Positions 35,426-44,779 of a stretch of 64,000 bases of DNA are shown piece by piece. Within the stretch, counting starts at the first letter, position 1. Each line of letters begins with the position of its first letter. Made by a program: the position numbers and the translations under genes. The notes beneath the pieces are model-generated. The model ran no database searches, was not told the origin of the DNA, and saw only the letters and a list, made by a program, of their open reading frames with translations. The DNA comes from a virus, in the IMG/VR virus record IMGVR_UViG_3300037261_000044, positions 1-64,000 of that record. One strand, given 5' to 3'.

Positions 35426-35454
35426 AGCGTAGCTGATAGCGGATGTTCCGTCAA
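35426..35454 (-). promoter_or_regulatory. Sigma70-type promoter
   Basis: Minus strand TTGACG-17 nt-TACGCT. Confidence 0.65.
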
Positions 35455-35554
35455 GAGAAACGCGGGTATGGGTGCGATTGTGCACATAGATAGTCATCGC
35501 AGTACGGGCCATCGGCTTTGACCGTCAGCAGTATGCAAGCGAGCCGCCCCATGT

Positions 35555-35767
35555 TCATGATACTTCGTCCTTCCGGCCTTCTTGTTCCAGCATGAACTTC
35601 TCGTGGTCAGGGCCACCACACACGTACTGTTCCCACCCGTAGTTTCCGTGGTAGGTCTCATGCTTCCAGCAGAAGGTTTTCTCCCACGACACAACTCGCA
35701 CCGTCGTCTCGGGATGGTACGGTATGAAAGTAGCAGATGCGCCGGACTTCAAGTGTGGGTGACTCAT
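35555..35767 (-). CDS. Hypothetical protein
   Basis: ATGA coupling. Confidence 0.55.
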   Translation of the reverse strand: MSHPHLKSGASATFIPYHPETTVRVVSWEKTFCWKHETYHGNYGWEQYVCGGPDHEKFMLEQEGRKDEVS

Positions 35768-36408
35768 TGCTCATCCCTCTCGGTCTTCAGTACAACGACC
35801 TTGCCGACGCTGCGCACGTCAATCACCACGTCCGCTACATCAGCATACACCCTATCCTGCGTGACGAACAGGAGTTGCATCCCGGTGTCGTCCACCAGTT
35901 GCCGGAGCAGTCGCGCCAACACCGGCACCTTCTCTTCCTGCATGCCGCCGAATGCCTCGTCTAGCAGGATGACGTGCCGGAGTTCAGGTCGGTGCGCCAG
36001 TGTCACCATGAGGTGCAAGAGGAACGACGTAATCTGCACGACGCTGCCGCCCGTGCAGTCCATGATGCCGGTCTCGCCGCGCGGCGTCTCGATGCTGAAC
36101 GAGATGGCGCTGGCACCGTTCTTGATGCTGGACTTGATGTGCAGGTAGGTGTCCTCATCGAACACCAGCGTCAGGCCGTCACTCACGACCTCTTCGAGCG
36201 AGGATTCGAATGACTTGCGCCACTCACCTTCCAGCGCGATGGCGAGCGCCTGCGTCAGTTCCAACACCTCGACCTCTTCGGCCAGTGCCTTGCGCTTGCC
36301 GTGAGAGTTGGCCGACTGAATGACGATACGCTCCCGCGACCCCAGCGCACGCTGTGCACTTTGGAACCGGAGAGCGTAAACATCCTTGACCCGGTTAAGC
36401 GATGCCAA
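35764..36408 (-). CDS. Rad50/SbcC-like ABC ATPase, C-terminal half
   Basis: Coiled coil, then signature-like CTGGS, Walker B ILLDE and switch FVTQ; no Walker A; likely TTG start at 36408. Confidence 0.75.
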   Translation of the reverse strand: MASLNRVKDVYALRFQSAQRALGSRERIVIQSANSHGKRKALAEEVEVLELTQALAIALEGEWRKSFESSLEEVVSDGLTLVFDEDTYLHIKSSIKNGASAISFSIETPRGETGIMDCTGGSVVQITSFLLHLMVTLAHRPELRHVILLDEAFGGMQEEKVPVLARLLRQLVDDTGMQLLFVTQDRVYADVADVVIDVRSVGKVVVLKTERDEQ

Positions 36409-36613
36409 GAGTCTTCTCCACCTCTTCGAGTTCGGCAGTGAGTTCCGCCTCAGCATCTCGAATAGCAGTCCACGCCGTCTTGGGGGCTAACCCCAGTGCC
36501 TTCAGCGCTTCCTTGGCGGTGTTCAAGTCCTGCTCTGCGCGCTTCTTGCGCTCTTCAAGCGCGGCGCGCTTCTGCACGCAGGTGTCGATTCTTTCGCGGA
36601 GGGAACTAGCCAT
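36395..36613 (-). CDS. Small coiled-coil protein
   Basis: Heptad-rich 72 aa between Mre11 and Rad50-C. Confidence 0.65.
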   Translation of the reverse strand: MASSLRERIDTCVQKRAALEERKKRAEQDLNTAKEALKALGLAPKTAWTAIRDAEAELTAELEEVEKTLGIA

Positions 36614-37604
36614 TGATGCCTGCCTTCTCAAGATACTCGCCTAGCCTCAGCTTAGCACGCGCGTCGGCATCGCCGCCACCCACCTTAGCAAGTACCTCGG
36701 CGAGGGAACCGCCTTCGACGCTGATGGCCTCTTCCACGCTGCGCACGAACCGGCGCATGGCCTTAGTGACTTCCACGTGCGACCCGGCCTTCGTCAGGAA
36801 GAGTTGGTCGGCGGGGACGGCGCTGGATAATAGGAGTTCATCGAAGTAGACCTCAGTCTTGTCCAACTGCACTTGCAGGAGCCGCATGACGCGCTGCTCG
36901 TTGTCGTCGGTATGCTGCGTGCGCCCCAGTGACCCGAGCGAGGCGAACGTGCAGCCGCGTACATCATGAATGCCCACATCCCAGTGCGGGTGGCCGAAGA
37001 GGCAGATGTCCATCCCCTCGGTCGGTATGGTGTCCATGGGGATGACGTGGAACGGATAGCCCTTGCCCGGTACCGTGATGGTGCCGTGCGCCACCTTGAT
37101 GGCCCAGTCCACGCCGGAGACGCGCTCTAGGCCGAAGTTCTGCGGGTTGTGGTCGATGGCGTCGAAGTAGTTCGCCGGAGAGAACTGGATGCGAACGCTG
37201 CACTCGTCGTTGTGCGGCGCGCCCGGAGTAAGCGAGAGGCAGGTCTCAACTACGAGGTCTTCCTTCAGCCACTCAAGGCTACCCTCCTTGAAGAGCAGGC
37301 CGATGGGCTGAGAGGGAACCGAGGCGAGACCCCCGTACCCGAGGTCGTGGTTGCCAACGATAGCCAGCTTGCGCCCCGGCCAGTGTTGCAGCAAGTCCAT
37401 GGCCCACCACTTCAGGCTATCCGGCACGTTGCGCTTGCTGTGGAAGAAGTCGCCTGTGAAGATAGTGAACTCGCACCCGTTGTCGATGGCGTACTGCCGC
37501 GCCTCGACCAGCATGCCCTTCACGTCATCCACGTAGACATCGCGGCAGCCCATGGGAGGCGACGCGGCTAAGTGCACATCGTTGATGACGAGCAGGCGAA
37601 TCAT
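36606..37604 (-). CDS. Mre11/SbcD-like nuclease
   Basis: NDVH, TGDFFH, GNHD, AHG, GHPH and GSLGR motifs. Confidence 0.85.
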   Translation of the reverse strand: MIRLLVINDVHLAASPPMGCRDVYVDDVKGMLVEARQYAIDNGCEFTIFTGDFFHSKRNVPDSLKWWAMDLLQHWPGRKLAIVGNHDLGYGGLASVPSQPIGLLFKEGSLEWLKEDLVVETCLSLTPGAPHNDECSVRIQFSPANYFDAIDHNPQNFGLERVSGVDWAIKVAHGTITVPGKGYPFHVIPMDTIPTEGMDICLFGHPHWDVGIHDVRGCTFASLGSLGRTQHTDDNEQRVMRLLQVQLDKTEVYFDELLLSSAVPADQLFLTKAGSHVEVTKAMRRFVRSVEEAISVEGGSLAEVLAKVGGGDADARAKLRLGEYLEKAGING

Positions 37605-37819
37605 TCGGGCTTGCCTCGGTACCAATTCGCCAACGCCGTCTGTGCACTCATGAGGTCTGTGCTGTGACGGATGAACTGATTCAGTTCGACACGGCGCTGC
37701 TGGGCGAGCACGATAGTGCGGTTGATGCGTGTAATCTCTTCCTGAGCAAGCAGTACCTCACGCACTCGCGCATCACGCTCTTGCTCGATGACGAATGCTT
37801 TGTCGCTTGGCCTAGTCAT
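37601..37819 (-). CDS. Small coiled-coil protein
   Basis: Overlaps both neighbours; helical. Confidence 0.55.
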   Translation of the reverse strand: MTRPSDKAFVIEQERDARVREVLLAQEEITRINRTIVLAQQRRVELNQFIRHSTDLMSAQTALANWYRGKPE

Positions 37820-38927
37820 CTTCCGGTAACGCTCCTATCTTCGGCATTGGCTGGCCGCACTCCGGGCACAGGTCTTGCTGGTTCCACTCGTCTACGAGGT
37901 ATCCGTAGACCTTCTCGACCTCAGCCTGCTCTTCGAGGACTTCGGTGAGTACGCTGTCGGCGTGCGTCAGGTCGAGGTGCGCGGTGTACTGGGCCTCAAG
38001 TCGCCCGTACTTCGCCAACAGAGGCATGACCTCCGGGAGGGTGCCAATCAGCATTTCTGCCTCAGCAGCCTCATACTCACGCCGGGTGCGTCGGGCGTCG
38101 AGCAGCCAGTTGAAGGCGCTCTTCAGGCCGTCCATGGTGTCGTCGGCGGGTAGGTCTCCGATGCCTTCGACGGTACGCCGTGCCTCATCATAGAGGCCGA
38201 CCTGCTGGCGCACTATGATGATGCGGCGCTGTTCCATCTCGATAAGGTCGATGCCTATGGCGACGTTCTCTAGCAACTCCACCTCTGCGTCGAGGCCGTC
38301 GAACTCTTTCATCTGTAGGTCAAGGGACTCGATGAGTGCGCCCTCTGCGCTGAGACCTTGCTTTGCTTTCCGCAGGTCGCCGCGTATCAATCCCTGTGCT
38401 TCCACGACGACATCCAGCTTGGTCATCTTCGCCAGAGCGCGAGCAGCCTGACCATCCGGGCGGTCTATGAGGAAGGCGTACTCGCCTTGGGTGTGTATCT
38501 GGGGTGTGATGGTGAGGGTCTTGTCAACCTCAATCTGCGCAATGCCAAGTACGCCAGACACCTCCGGCGGGACAGCCGCGCCGAGTTTGCTGAAGTGCTG
38601 CTGCTCACCGGGGTGGAGTTCACCATTGGTGTCCAGTTCGTACAGGTCATAGGTAGCGCCGCCTTCGCGCTTCTTGCGCCACCGCAGGAGGTGCGTGTTG
38701 GCGTCGCCGTCGAACAGGGTGAGGTCAACGGTCGTCTTGTCCTTGCCGTGGGTGATGTAGTCGGTACCAGTCTGGTTGAAGCAGGCGTACCGGATAGCGC
38801 GCAGGAGCGCGGACTTTCCGGCGGCGTTGTCGCCAACGATGACGGTCAACGGCCCAAGCGGAACATCCGCGTCCAAGATGGACTGGAAGTTCTTGACTAC
38901 CAGATTGCTGAACCCGCTGCGCTTCAC
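37812..38927 (-). CDS. Rad50/SbcC-like ABC ATPase, N-terminal half ending in a zinc hook
   Basis: VKNFQS, Walker A GDNAAGKS, Q-loop region, coiled coil, terminal CPECGQ. Confidence 0.8.
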   Translation of the reverse strand: MKRSGFSNLVVKNFQSILDADVPLGPLTVIVGDNAAGKSALLRAIRYACFNQTGTDYITHGKDKTTVDLTLFDGDANTHLLRWRKKREGGATYDLYELDTNGELHPGEQQHFSKLGAAVPPEVSGVLGIAQIEVDKTLTITPQIHTQGEYAFLIDRPDGQAARALAKMTKLDVVVEAQGLIRGDLRKAKQGLSAEGALIESLDLQMKEFDGLDAEVELLENVAIGIDLIEMEQRRIIIVRQQVGLYDEARRTVEGIGDLPADDTMDGLKSAFNWLLDARRTRREYEAAEAEMLIGTLPEVMPLLAKYGRLEAQYTAHLDLTHADSVLTEVLEEQAEVEKVYGYLVDEWNQQDLCPECGQPMPKIGALPEDD

Positions 38928-38991
38928 ATCTCTGCTCCGAAGACGGCGATGATGAGGGTGATGGCCCAGAGAATGGCGACGATAGCGACTG

Positions 38992-39174
38992 TCATGGTAC
39001 CTCCGTGGGGCAGATGGTGTGGATGAATCCGAGAGGCTTGCCGGGGATGTTCACGATTTCCCGGCAGTTGGTAGGAGAGGCAGTTGGCCCGGTCGCAGCT
39101 TGGACGAACAGGAAGAGCGCCATCCCGAGGGTGACGCCTATCACTGCCACAACCGCGAGCCGGAAATGCCTCAC
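38992..39174 (-). CDS. Small membrane/secreted protein
   Basis: GTGA-coupled; hydrophobic N-terminus and two Cys. Confidence 0.5.
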   Translation of the reverse strand: MRHFRLAVVAVIGVTLGMALFLFVQAATGPTASPTNCREIVNIPGKPLGFIHTICPTEVP

Positions 39175-39548
39175 CGGGCGGCAACCAACTTCGGCGGTAC
39201 CGGTGTCGCAATCTCGCTCAGGTGGAGGTTCTGGATGATGAGGTGGTCGGCGACACGGAACGTGTCTTTGAAGTCCTCGTACACGATGGTAATCTGGCAG
39301 AAGCATCCACCGTCGCGGGCGATTATTTCCGCTGGTGGTTGCATGATGCCCATACCAACGACTTCTCCGATATGCTCCACCATTATCTCTTTGCCTTTGT
39401 CGTCCTTCTCGGGGACAAGGTAAGAGGACTTCCTACCGAGTGCCCACGACTGCCCGGTGCCGCTGATGATGATGCTCTTCAGCTTAGCCTGCACCTGCAC
39501 CTCGATGGGCTTCGGGACGCCGGGGCCATTGCGTTGCTCTGCCATCAA
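39171..39548 (-). CDS. Hypothetical protein
   Basis: Coupled to recA; GGAGG SD. Confidence 0.6.
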   Translation of the reverse strand: MMAEQRNGPGVPKPIEVQVQAKLKSIIISGTGQSWALGRKSSYLVPEKDDKGKEIMVEHIGEVVGMGIMQPPAEIIARDGGCFCQITIVYEDFKDTFRVADHLIIQNLHLSEIATPVPPKLVAAR

Positions 39549-40816
39549 TCCTCCAATTCCTTCTCGAATGCCTCTAGTTCTGCGTCGGTCAGTGACCCGG
39601 CGTTCGGGCCTGTATCTTCGTCGCCTTCATCCTCCGCATCCACAGCGGTAGGAGTCTCGTCCAACACGAACCCTTCGAACCGGTGCGAGAGTTCATCGTC
39701 CATGGCCTTGCGGACAGCTTTGCACACGGCGTCGTAGTCATCCGCCTTGGCGAAGTCCTTCGCGTACCACTTCTCGTCGCTGCCGCGCAGGTGGCAGAAC
39801 GCGCCGACCTTGATGACGATGGCGGGCTTGGCGTCCAGCGCGAAGTCGAGAATCCACTTGTCGTTGTCCGGCCCCAGCGTCTTGCCCACCGTGATGAGGT
39901 TGAAGCGCGCGATGCGCCCCTTGGGGCCGCATTGGTTCTTCGCCACCTTGGCGGCAATCTTGATGCCGATGGCATTCTCTTCCTTCTGGTCTTCCTTTGG
40001 CACACCGACCGGCGCGACGAACCCGTAGGTCTTCATCGTGATGCGCACAGTGCAGTGGAACGCCAGCGGCTTCTGGGCGATGGTCGCCACTTTCGAACCC
40101 TTGTTGCCGGGGCCGGTGAACCCGATGGCTTCCTTCTCTTGGTTCACCGCGATGAGCGTGACGTTCTCGCGCGCCAGCTTGAAGCACAGTTTCTTGAGGT
40201 ACTGCGACATCTGGCGCGCCGGAGAACCCGGCTGGTTGTTGTCGTAGTTCGCCTCGAACTCCGCAGTGCTTGGCGTGGCTGCCACAGAGTCCCATGCTAT
40301 CAGCACCTCTACGTCCGGGTCTTCGTCGCGGATGGCGTCAATCAGAACGTCAAGCTGTTGGAACACAAGCTGGATGTGCTCGGGATAGATAATCATGAGG
40401 GGCAGCGTGTCCTCGGTGGCGTCGCCGCGCGCGATGGCTGCCGGGAGGGTCTGGTCGTCATACAGGCCCAACCGCGCTGCATAGCGGCGGTCGAACTTGT
40501 ACTCTGCGTCGATGTAGACTGTCTGCCCGCCACGCTTCTGGCACATGGCGAGGAACTTCGTCAGGGTGCTGGTCTTGCCAGCCTGCTCGTCACCTTGCAG
40601 GACGGTCATCCGGCCACGCGGTAGACCTCCGGCGTTACCCGCACCGATAGCGTAGTTGATAGCCAGCACGCCTGTGTCGCAGTATCCGGTGATGTCGCCA
40701 TAGCCGCCGGACACGCTGATGCTCTCTTCGCCGAACTTCTTCTGCATCGCCTTCATGACGAGTTCGGTGATACGGGCTTTGTGCGCCGGAACCTTGGCTG
40801 CTGCTTTGCGTGGCAT
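39545..40816 (-). CDS. recA: RecA/UvsX-like recombinase
   Basis: GGLPRGR, Walker A GDEQAGKT, YIDAE..FD..YA..LG, WDSVAA, AR.MSQ.L.KL, VNQ, KVAKN. Confidence 0.92.
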   Translation of the reverse strand: MPRKAAAKVPAHKARITELVMKAMQKKFGEESISVSGGYGDITGYCDTGVLAINYAIGAGNAGGLPRGRMTVLQGDEQAGKTSTLTKFLAMCQKRGGQTVYIDAEYKFDRRYAARLGLYDDQTLPAAIARGDATEDTLPLMIIYPEHIQLVFQQLDVLIDAIRDEDPDVEVLIAWDSVAATPSTAEFEANYDNNQPGSPARQMSQYLKKLCFKLARENVTLIAVNQEKEAIGFTGPGNKGSKVATIAQKPLAFHCTVRITMKTYGFVAPVGVPKEDQKEENAIGIKIAAKVAKNQCGPKGRIARFNLITVGKTLGPDNDKWILDFALDAKPAIVIKVGAFCHLRGSDEKWYAKDFAKADDYDAVCKAVRKAMDDELSHRFEGFVLDETPTAVDAEDEGDEDTGPNAGSLTDAELEAFEKELED

Positions 40817-40911
40817 GTGTAAATTACACCTTCTGCTAATGGGGAGAGAGCATCCTTGCTCTCGGACATCCAGCCCCTCCCCATCATTCCAGTCTTGGGC
40901 GCTGGGGTTCC

Positions 40912-41826
40912 CTAATCCTCGTCCCGCGAGCGCGTCGCCAAGCGGCGTCCACGCGGCGGGTCATCCTCGTCCTTGGCGGCAGACCGCTTCGGAGTCGGCT
41001 CGTCGTCATCGCGGGCGCGCCGGGGCTTCGGCTCGTCGTCGTCGCGGTTGCGACGCGGCGCTTCCGGCTCCGGGTCTTCCGGGTCTTCGTCACGCGACCG
41101 GCGCGGCTTCGGCTCGTCGTCGTCCACCGACTTGCGGCGGGACTTCTCCGCTTCGGGCTTCGGCTTGTCGTCGTCGCTCACCACGTTGTTCCACGCGGCC
41201 TTCATCTGCTTGTTCGTCGCTGGCTCGCAGATGCCGAAGATGTCCGGCGGCTCGTTGGCTTCGAGGATGTCCACGACGTTCGACTCGTTGCGCCGGGGCC
41301 GCACCGCGTACTCCGTGCCGTACTGGCCCGAGCCGGACTTCTCGATGGTAATGTTGATGCCGTGCACCGGGTCGGTCAGGTCGCCGTACTCCTTGTCACG
41401 CATCAGCTTGGCAATCTGCTTGTGCGCCTTGATGCCAATGCCCATGACCTGAATGCCCTTGCGCAGGCTCGCCTCGCTGCTGGGGTCGATGATGCGGTAG
41501 AGGAACTGCCTCTTCGCATACATGTCCGTCGCCTTGTCCACGTCGGCATCGTCGTCGGACTTCTTCAGTTCGAGTTGCTTGTCGCAGAGGAAGCACTGGG
41601 CGTCCTCGTTGAGCGCCTTCGGGCAGTTGAAGGTCTTCTCCGCGTCGCCGATGCGCCAGTGCTGACCGCGCTTGGCGAAGGGCTTCTTCTCACCCGGCGC
41701 GGGCGGGCAGAGCCGCACCTCGTTGTCGCCGTCCTTGAACTTGAAGAAATCCGCACCGCCCGCCAAGTCCTCTTCGTACTGGTCGAGCGTTTCGGCCATG
41801 TCCGTCTGGCCCCATCCCTTAACCAT
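40912..41826 (-). CDS. Single-stranded DNA-binding protein (T4 gp32-like)
   Basis: FFKFKDGDNEVRLCP, H..C..C..C zinc site, YGDLTDP..G.NITIEK.G.G..TEY.V, charged repetitive tail. Confidence 0.75.
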   Translation of the reverse strand: MVKGWGQTDMAETLDQYEEDLAGGADFFKFKDGDNEVRLCPPAPGEKKPFAKRGQHWRIGDAEKTFNCPKALNEDAQCFLCDKQLELKKSDDDADVDKATDMYAKRQFLYRIIDPSSEASLRKGIQVMGIGIKAHKQIAKLMRDKEYGDLTDPVHGINITIEKSGSGQYGTEYAVRPRRNESNVVDILEANEPPDIFGICEPATNKQMKAAWNNVVSDDDKPKPEAEKSRRKSVDDDEPKPRRSRDEDPEDPEPEAPRRNRDDDEPKPRRARDDDEPTPKRSAAKDEDDPPRGRRLATRSRDED

Positions 41827-41857
41827 GTCTGTGTTCTCCTTCTGCGCTTTCGGCGCT

Positions 41858-42316
41858 CTAACCCTCTGCTCGTGCCGCGTCGGCCAGCTTGGTCAACATG
41901 AACTGCTTCATCTTGATGGCCTCGCGCGCGTTCTCCAACATCGAGGCATCTTCTTGCGCCTCGGCGTAGACCGTGAGGCGCTTCTTGTACTCCGGGTTCG
42001 CTCTGACCGTGGCCTTCGCGTTGTCCACGGTCGGCTGCTTCTCTCCACGCCCTGCGGCGTCGCTGAAGAGTTCAGACCATGCCTCAGAGTACCAGATGTC
42101 CAATGCCTGTTTCAAGTGCTCGGCTCGGGCGACGGCGCAGGACGTGTACTGGGCGATGTCGAAGTATTGGTTCGCCACCTTCATCATCTGCTCAATGATG
42201 TTGTTCGGGTCGAGGATGAGCAGGTCGGCCCACGCCGCGAGGTCAACCGCGACCTTGTGGCCGTACACGTCCACGTCGATGACGACGCTGGGGAAGTCGC
42301 TCTTAACCTTCGGCAT
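41858..42316 (-). CDS. UvsY-like recombination mediator
   Basis: All-helical; KQPTV...KA.V..NPEY pattern; adjacent to SSB and RecA. Confidence 0.5.
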   Translation of the reverse strand: MPKVKSDFPSVVIDVDVYGHKVAVDLAAWADLLILDPNNIIEQMMKVANQYFDIAQYTSCAVARAEHLKQALDIWYSEAWSELFSDAAGRGEKQPTVDNAKATVRANPEYKKRLTVYAEAQEDASMLENAREAIKMKQFMLTKLADAARAEG

Positions 42317-42512
42317 TGGCCTTTTCCTCCGCGTCAATCGCGACCAGACATTCGTCCAGCCACTTTTCAAGTGCCGCCGCCTCACGCCGGTCGAGGCGCT
42401 GGGGGAAGTCGCCCTCCAATAGAACACCGTCGCTGGGGTACGACACGTACCGGACGGTGAAACCGTTGGAAATTGCTTTCGCCTTGCAGAACGTCGAGAG
42501 TTTCTTAGTCAT
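42303..42512 (-). CDS. Hypothetical protein
   Basis: AGGAG SD; operon continuity. Confidence 0.55.
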   Translation of the reverse strand: MTKKLSTFCKAKAISNGFTVRYVSYPSDGVLLEGDFPQRLDRREAAALEKWLDECLVAIDAEEKANAEG

Positions 42513-42747
42513 GGTTGTACACACTCCTAACTTTCCCGAGCACGTAGAACGTGTTGCGCGTCTCCACGGTGTCACCTTCGTGCAACGGTACTTCCTCTGG
42601 TGGCGACAGGATGAGCGACGTGTTCACGACTGTCTCATCACGGAACCTTGGGTGGTCGCTCACGCTACCGTACAGCGTGTTCCACCCGGTACGCTGCCAG
42701 TTCTCGATGTGGACGGTCGGCTTCGCCGGGGCTTCAGCGTCAGGCAT
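42505..42747 (-). CDS. Hypothetical phage protein
   Basis: IENW...LYG.V.DHPRF.D...V.TS...VETRNT.Y.LG pattern recalled from phage hypotheticals. Confidence 0.6.
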   Translation of the reverse strand: MPDAEAPAKPTVHIENWQRTGWNTLYGSVSDHPRFRDETVVNTSLILSPPEEVPLHEGDTVETRNTFYVLGKVRSVYNHD

Positions 42748-43471
42748 CTTTCTTCACCTCTTCCAGCGTAACCTTACCATCAGAGAGGACGAGCGTCACG
42801 ATGCCCATCAACTGTACCCATGTTAGCTTGTCGCCGCCGTTGGTGTCAATGACGTACTGAGCGTCCCACGGCTTGCCGTCCATGTCGTCCAGCCAGTGCT
42901 CGCTGCTGTGGCTGAGCGTCACGCTGGCCTTCTCCACGTCGTACCCGAGCACTTCGGTCAGGTAGTCCATCTGACGGTCATGCTCAACGAGTAGGCGGAT
43001 GTGGATGGCGTTCGGCCAGCGGTTCTTCACCGCCATCACTTCGCTGTCCCGGCGGATGCTGTCGAAGACGATACCGGACTCGATGCCAGCCTGCGCCAGC
43101 GTCTTGTACGCCTCGTCGGCGACGGCCACGCACTGGTCGGCCCAGTACGACTTATCGCGGTTGCTGAAGAACTCGCCGTAGCCTTGCAGGAGCAGGCGGT
43201 ACTCAGCTTTGGTCTTCTGGTCGAGCATCTGCTGGTAGAACGGCTCCCAGCCATCGTCAGTTTCCCAGTCGTTGAACTGCGCTGCGATGTGACGCGCCAG
43301 CGATTCTTTCATCACGTCGGCAGGTGAGCCGGACACGAAGTGGAAGTCGGTCTTGAGCCGGTTGACAATCTGGGTCTTGCCCGCGCCGATGCCGCCGGAC
43401 AGGATGAACACGTACTTCGGTTCCGGGATAATGGGCTTCTTCTTCATGGGCGTCGGCTTCTTGGCGGTCAT
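42740..43471 (-). CDS. Deoxynucleoside monophosphate kinase
   Basis: Walker A SGGIGAGKT, AD.MKE, YRLLLQ.YG, YW, FDSIR..SE. Confidence 0.75.
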   Translation of the reverse strand: MTAKKPTPMKKKPIIPEPKYVFILSGGIGAGKTQIVNRLKTDFHFVSGSPADVMKESLARHIAAQFNDWETDDGWEPFYQQMLDQKTKAEYRLLLQGYGEFFSNRDKSYWADQCVAVADEAYKTLAQAGIESGIVFDSIRRDSEVMAVKNRWPNAIHIRLLVEHDRQMDYLTEVLGYDVEKASVTLSHSSEHWLDDMDGKPWDAQYVIDTNGGDKLTWVQLMGIVTLVLSDGKVTLEEVKKDA

Positions 43472-44538
43472 AGTCTTACCCTCTCCACAACCTGCATCTC
43501 GCAGCCTGTCTGCTTGTTGAACACCCTCGGCGGGTGCGCCTCTTTTAGGAACTGTACCATGCGCTCGCGCCCAAGGGAAGCCGGGTCTTCACCCTCCGGC
43601 AACTCCACGACCGTGATGCTGTTGAACTGCACCCGGAGCCGCCAGTAGTCGTCCCAGATTTCCTGCTTGGCGTCAGCATCCCAGCACAGGACTAACTCAC
43701 GCACGCCTGCGTTCAAGAGCGCGTTCACCTGCGTGTCCGTGACTTTCTTCCCGAACGAGGCCACCGCGATGTCCTCCATGGCGAGACAGTCGAAGACGCC
43801 CTCGGTGATGACGGCGCGCTCATGGCCCCAGACCTTTTCAAGGTTGAACAGGTAGCTGTACTGCTCGTTCTTCGGCGGCGTCAGCACCTTCTTTGGCTCG
43901 GTGTCGGAGATGGAGCGGGCCACCCAGTTCACCAACTGCCCGAGGTAGTAGACCGGCACGATGATGCGCTTGCGGTAGAACCCGGTCGCCACGAACCCGA
44001 CCTGATACTCGCGAATCTGTGCGCCGGTCATGCGGGTGAGCGCGTACTCCCAGTAGCGGCGGGCAGTCTCCCCGTGACTGTCCGCCAGTAGGTGGAATCC
44101 TTCGGGTAGTTCGATGACATCTGGTAGCTCGATTGCTGCATCTTCAGCCTCCTGTTCGACAACGGTGTACTCGTCGTCCTCATAGATGCTGCTGCGCTGC
44201 GCCATGATGCGGTCGATGGCTTCGTTGATGGTGCAGCGCGCAACCTTCTGGATGAGTGCGATGGCCCAGCCGGACTCGTGGCAGTAGTGGCACTTGAAGA
44301 CGCCGACGCCGACCTTCACGTAGAACGACGTGCGATGGTGGTGACACCACGGGCACTCGCCGGAGACCTCACCATTCCGCTCACGCGCATCCAACCCGGC
44401 GTTCTCTAGGAACGACTGGAAGTCGAACGTACGCAGCGCGCGCCGGAGTTGTCCGGGAGTGGGGCCACTATTTCTTGGCAAGAGGACGCCCTTTGGTATC
44501 GTGCCTACCGTACGGGTTGTTGTCGTAGGTCTTGCCAT
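43468..44538 (-). CDS. DNA primase (Zn finger + TOPRIM)
   Basis: CPWC...CHYC, RIIVP, ITEGVFD, CWDAD, EDP. Confidence 0.9.
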   Translation of the reverse strand: MARPTTTTRTVGTIPKGVLLPRNSGPTPGQLRRALRTFDFQSFLENAGLDARERNGEVSGECPWCHHHRTSFYVKVGVGVFKCHYCHESGWAIALIQKVARCTINEAIDRIMAQRSSIYEDDEYTVVEQEAEDAAIELPDVIELPEGFHLLADSHGETARRYWEYALTRMTGAQIREYQVGFVATGFYRKRIIVPVYYLGQLVNWVARSISDTEPKKVLTPPKNEQYSYLFNLEKVWGHERAVITEGVFDCLAMEDIAVASFGKKVTDTQVNALLNAGVRELVLCWDADAKQEIWDDYWRLRVQFNSITVVELPEGEDPASLGRERMVQFLKEAHPPRVFNKQTGCEMQVVERVRL

Positions 44539-44779
44539 AGTGCTTGTGGTCGCCGCGCTTCATGCAGCGCACCGGCTTCTTGGGGGCAGGGGCCGCAGCA
44601 GGCGGGCACAGGGCCAAAGCCATATCGTGTGCAGCGCTGCACAACTCGGCGAAGAAGAGCGCGCGTAGAGCGGCAGGGAGGCGACCCTTGACGAGCACTT
44701 CGTTCATGTTCCAAACTTCGAGTTTGGTGGCGTCCGTCAGGTCTTTGTCGCTGGCATCAGGCTTCAGGAGCATCGTCAT
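44468..44779 (-). CDS. Hypothetical protein
   Basis: Fills the gap between helicase and primase; overlaps both. Confidence 0.45.
   Translation of the reverse strand: MTMLLKPDASDKDLTDATKLEVWNMNEVLVKGRLPAALRALFFAELCSAAHDMALALCPPAAAPAPKKPVRCMKRGDHKHYGKTYDNNPYGRHDTKGRPLAKK

Noticed and set aside
40912-41175. Repeats cggctcgtcgtcgtc
   Set aside because: They encode the DDDEPKPRR repeats of the SSB tail.
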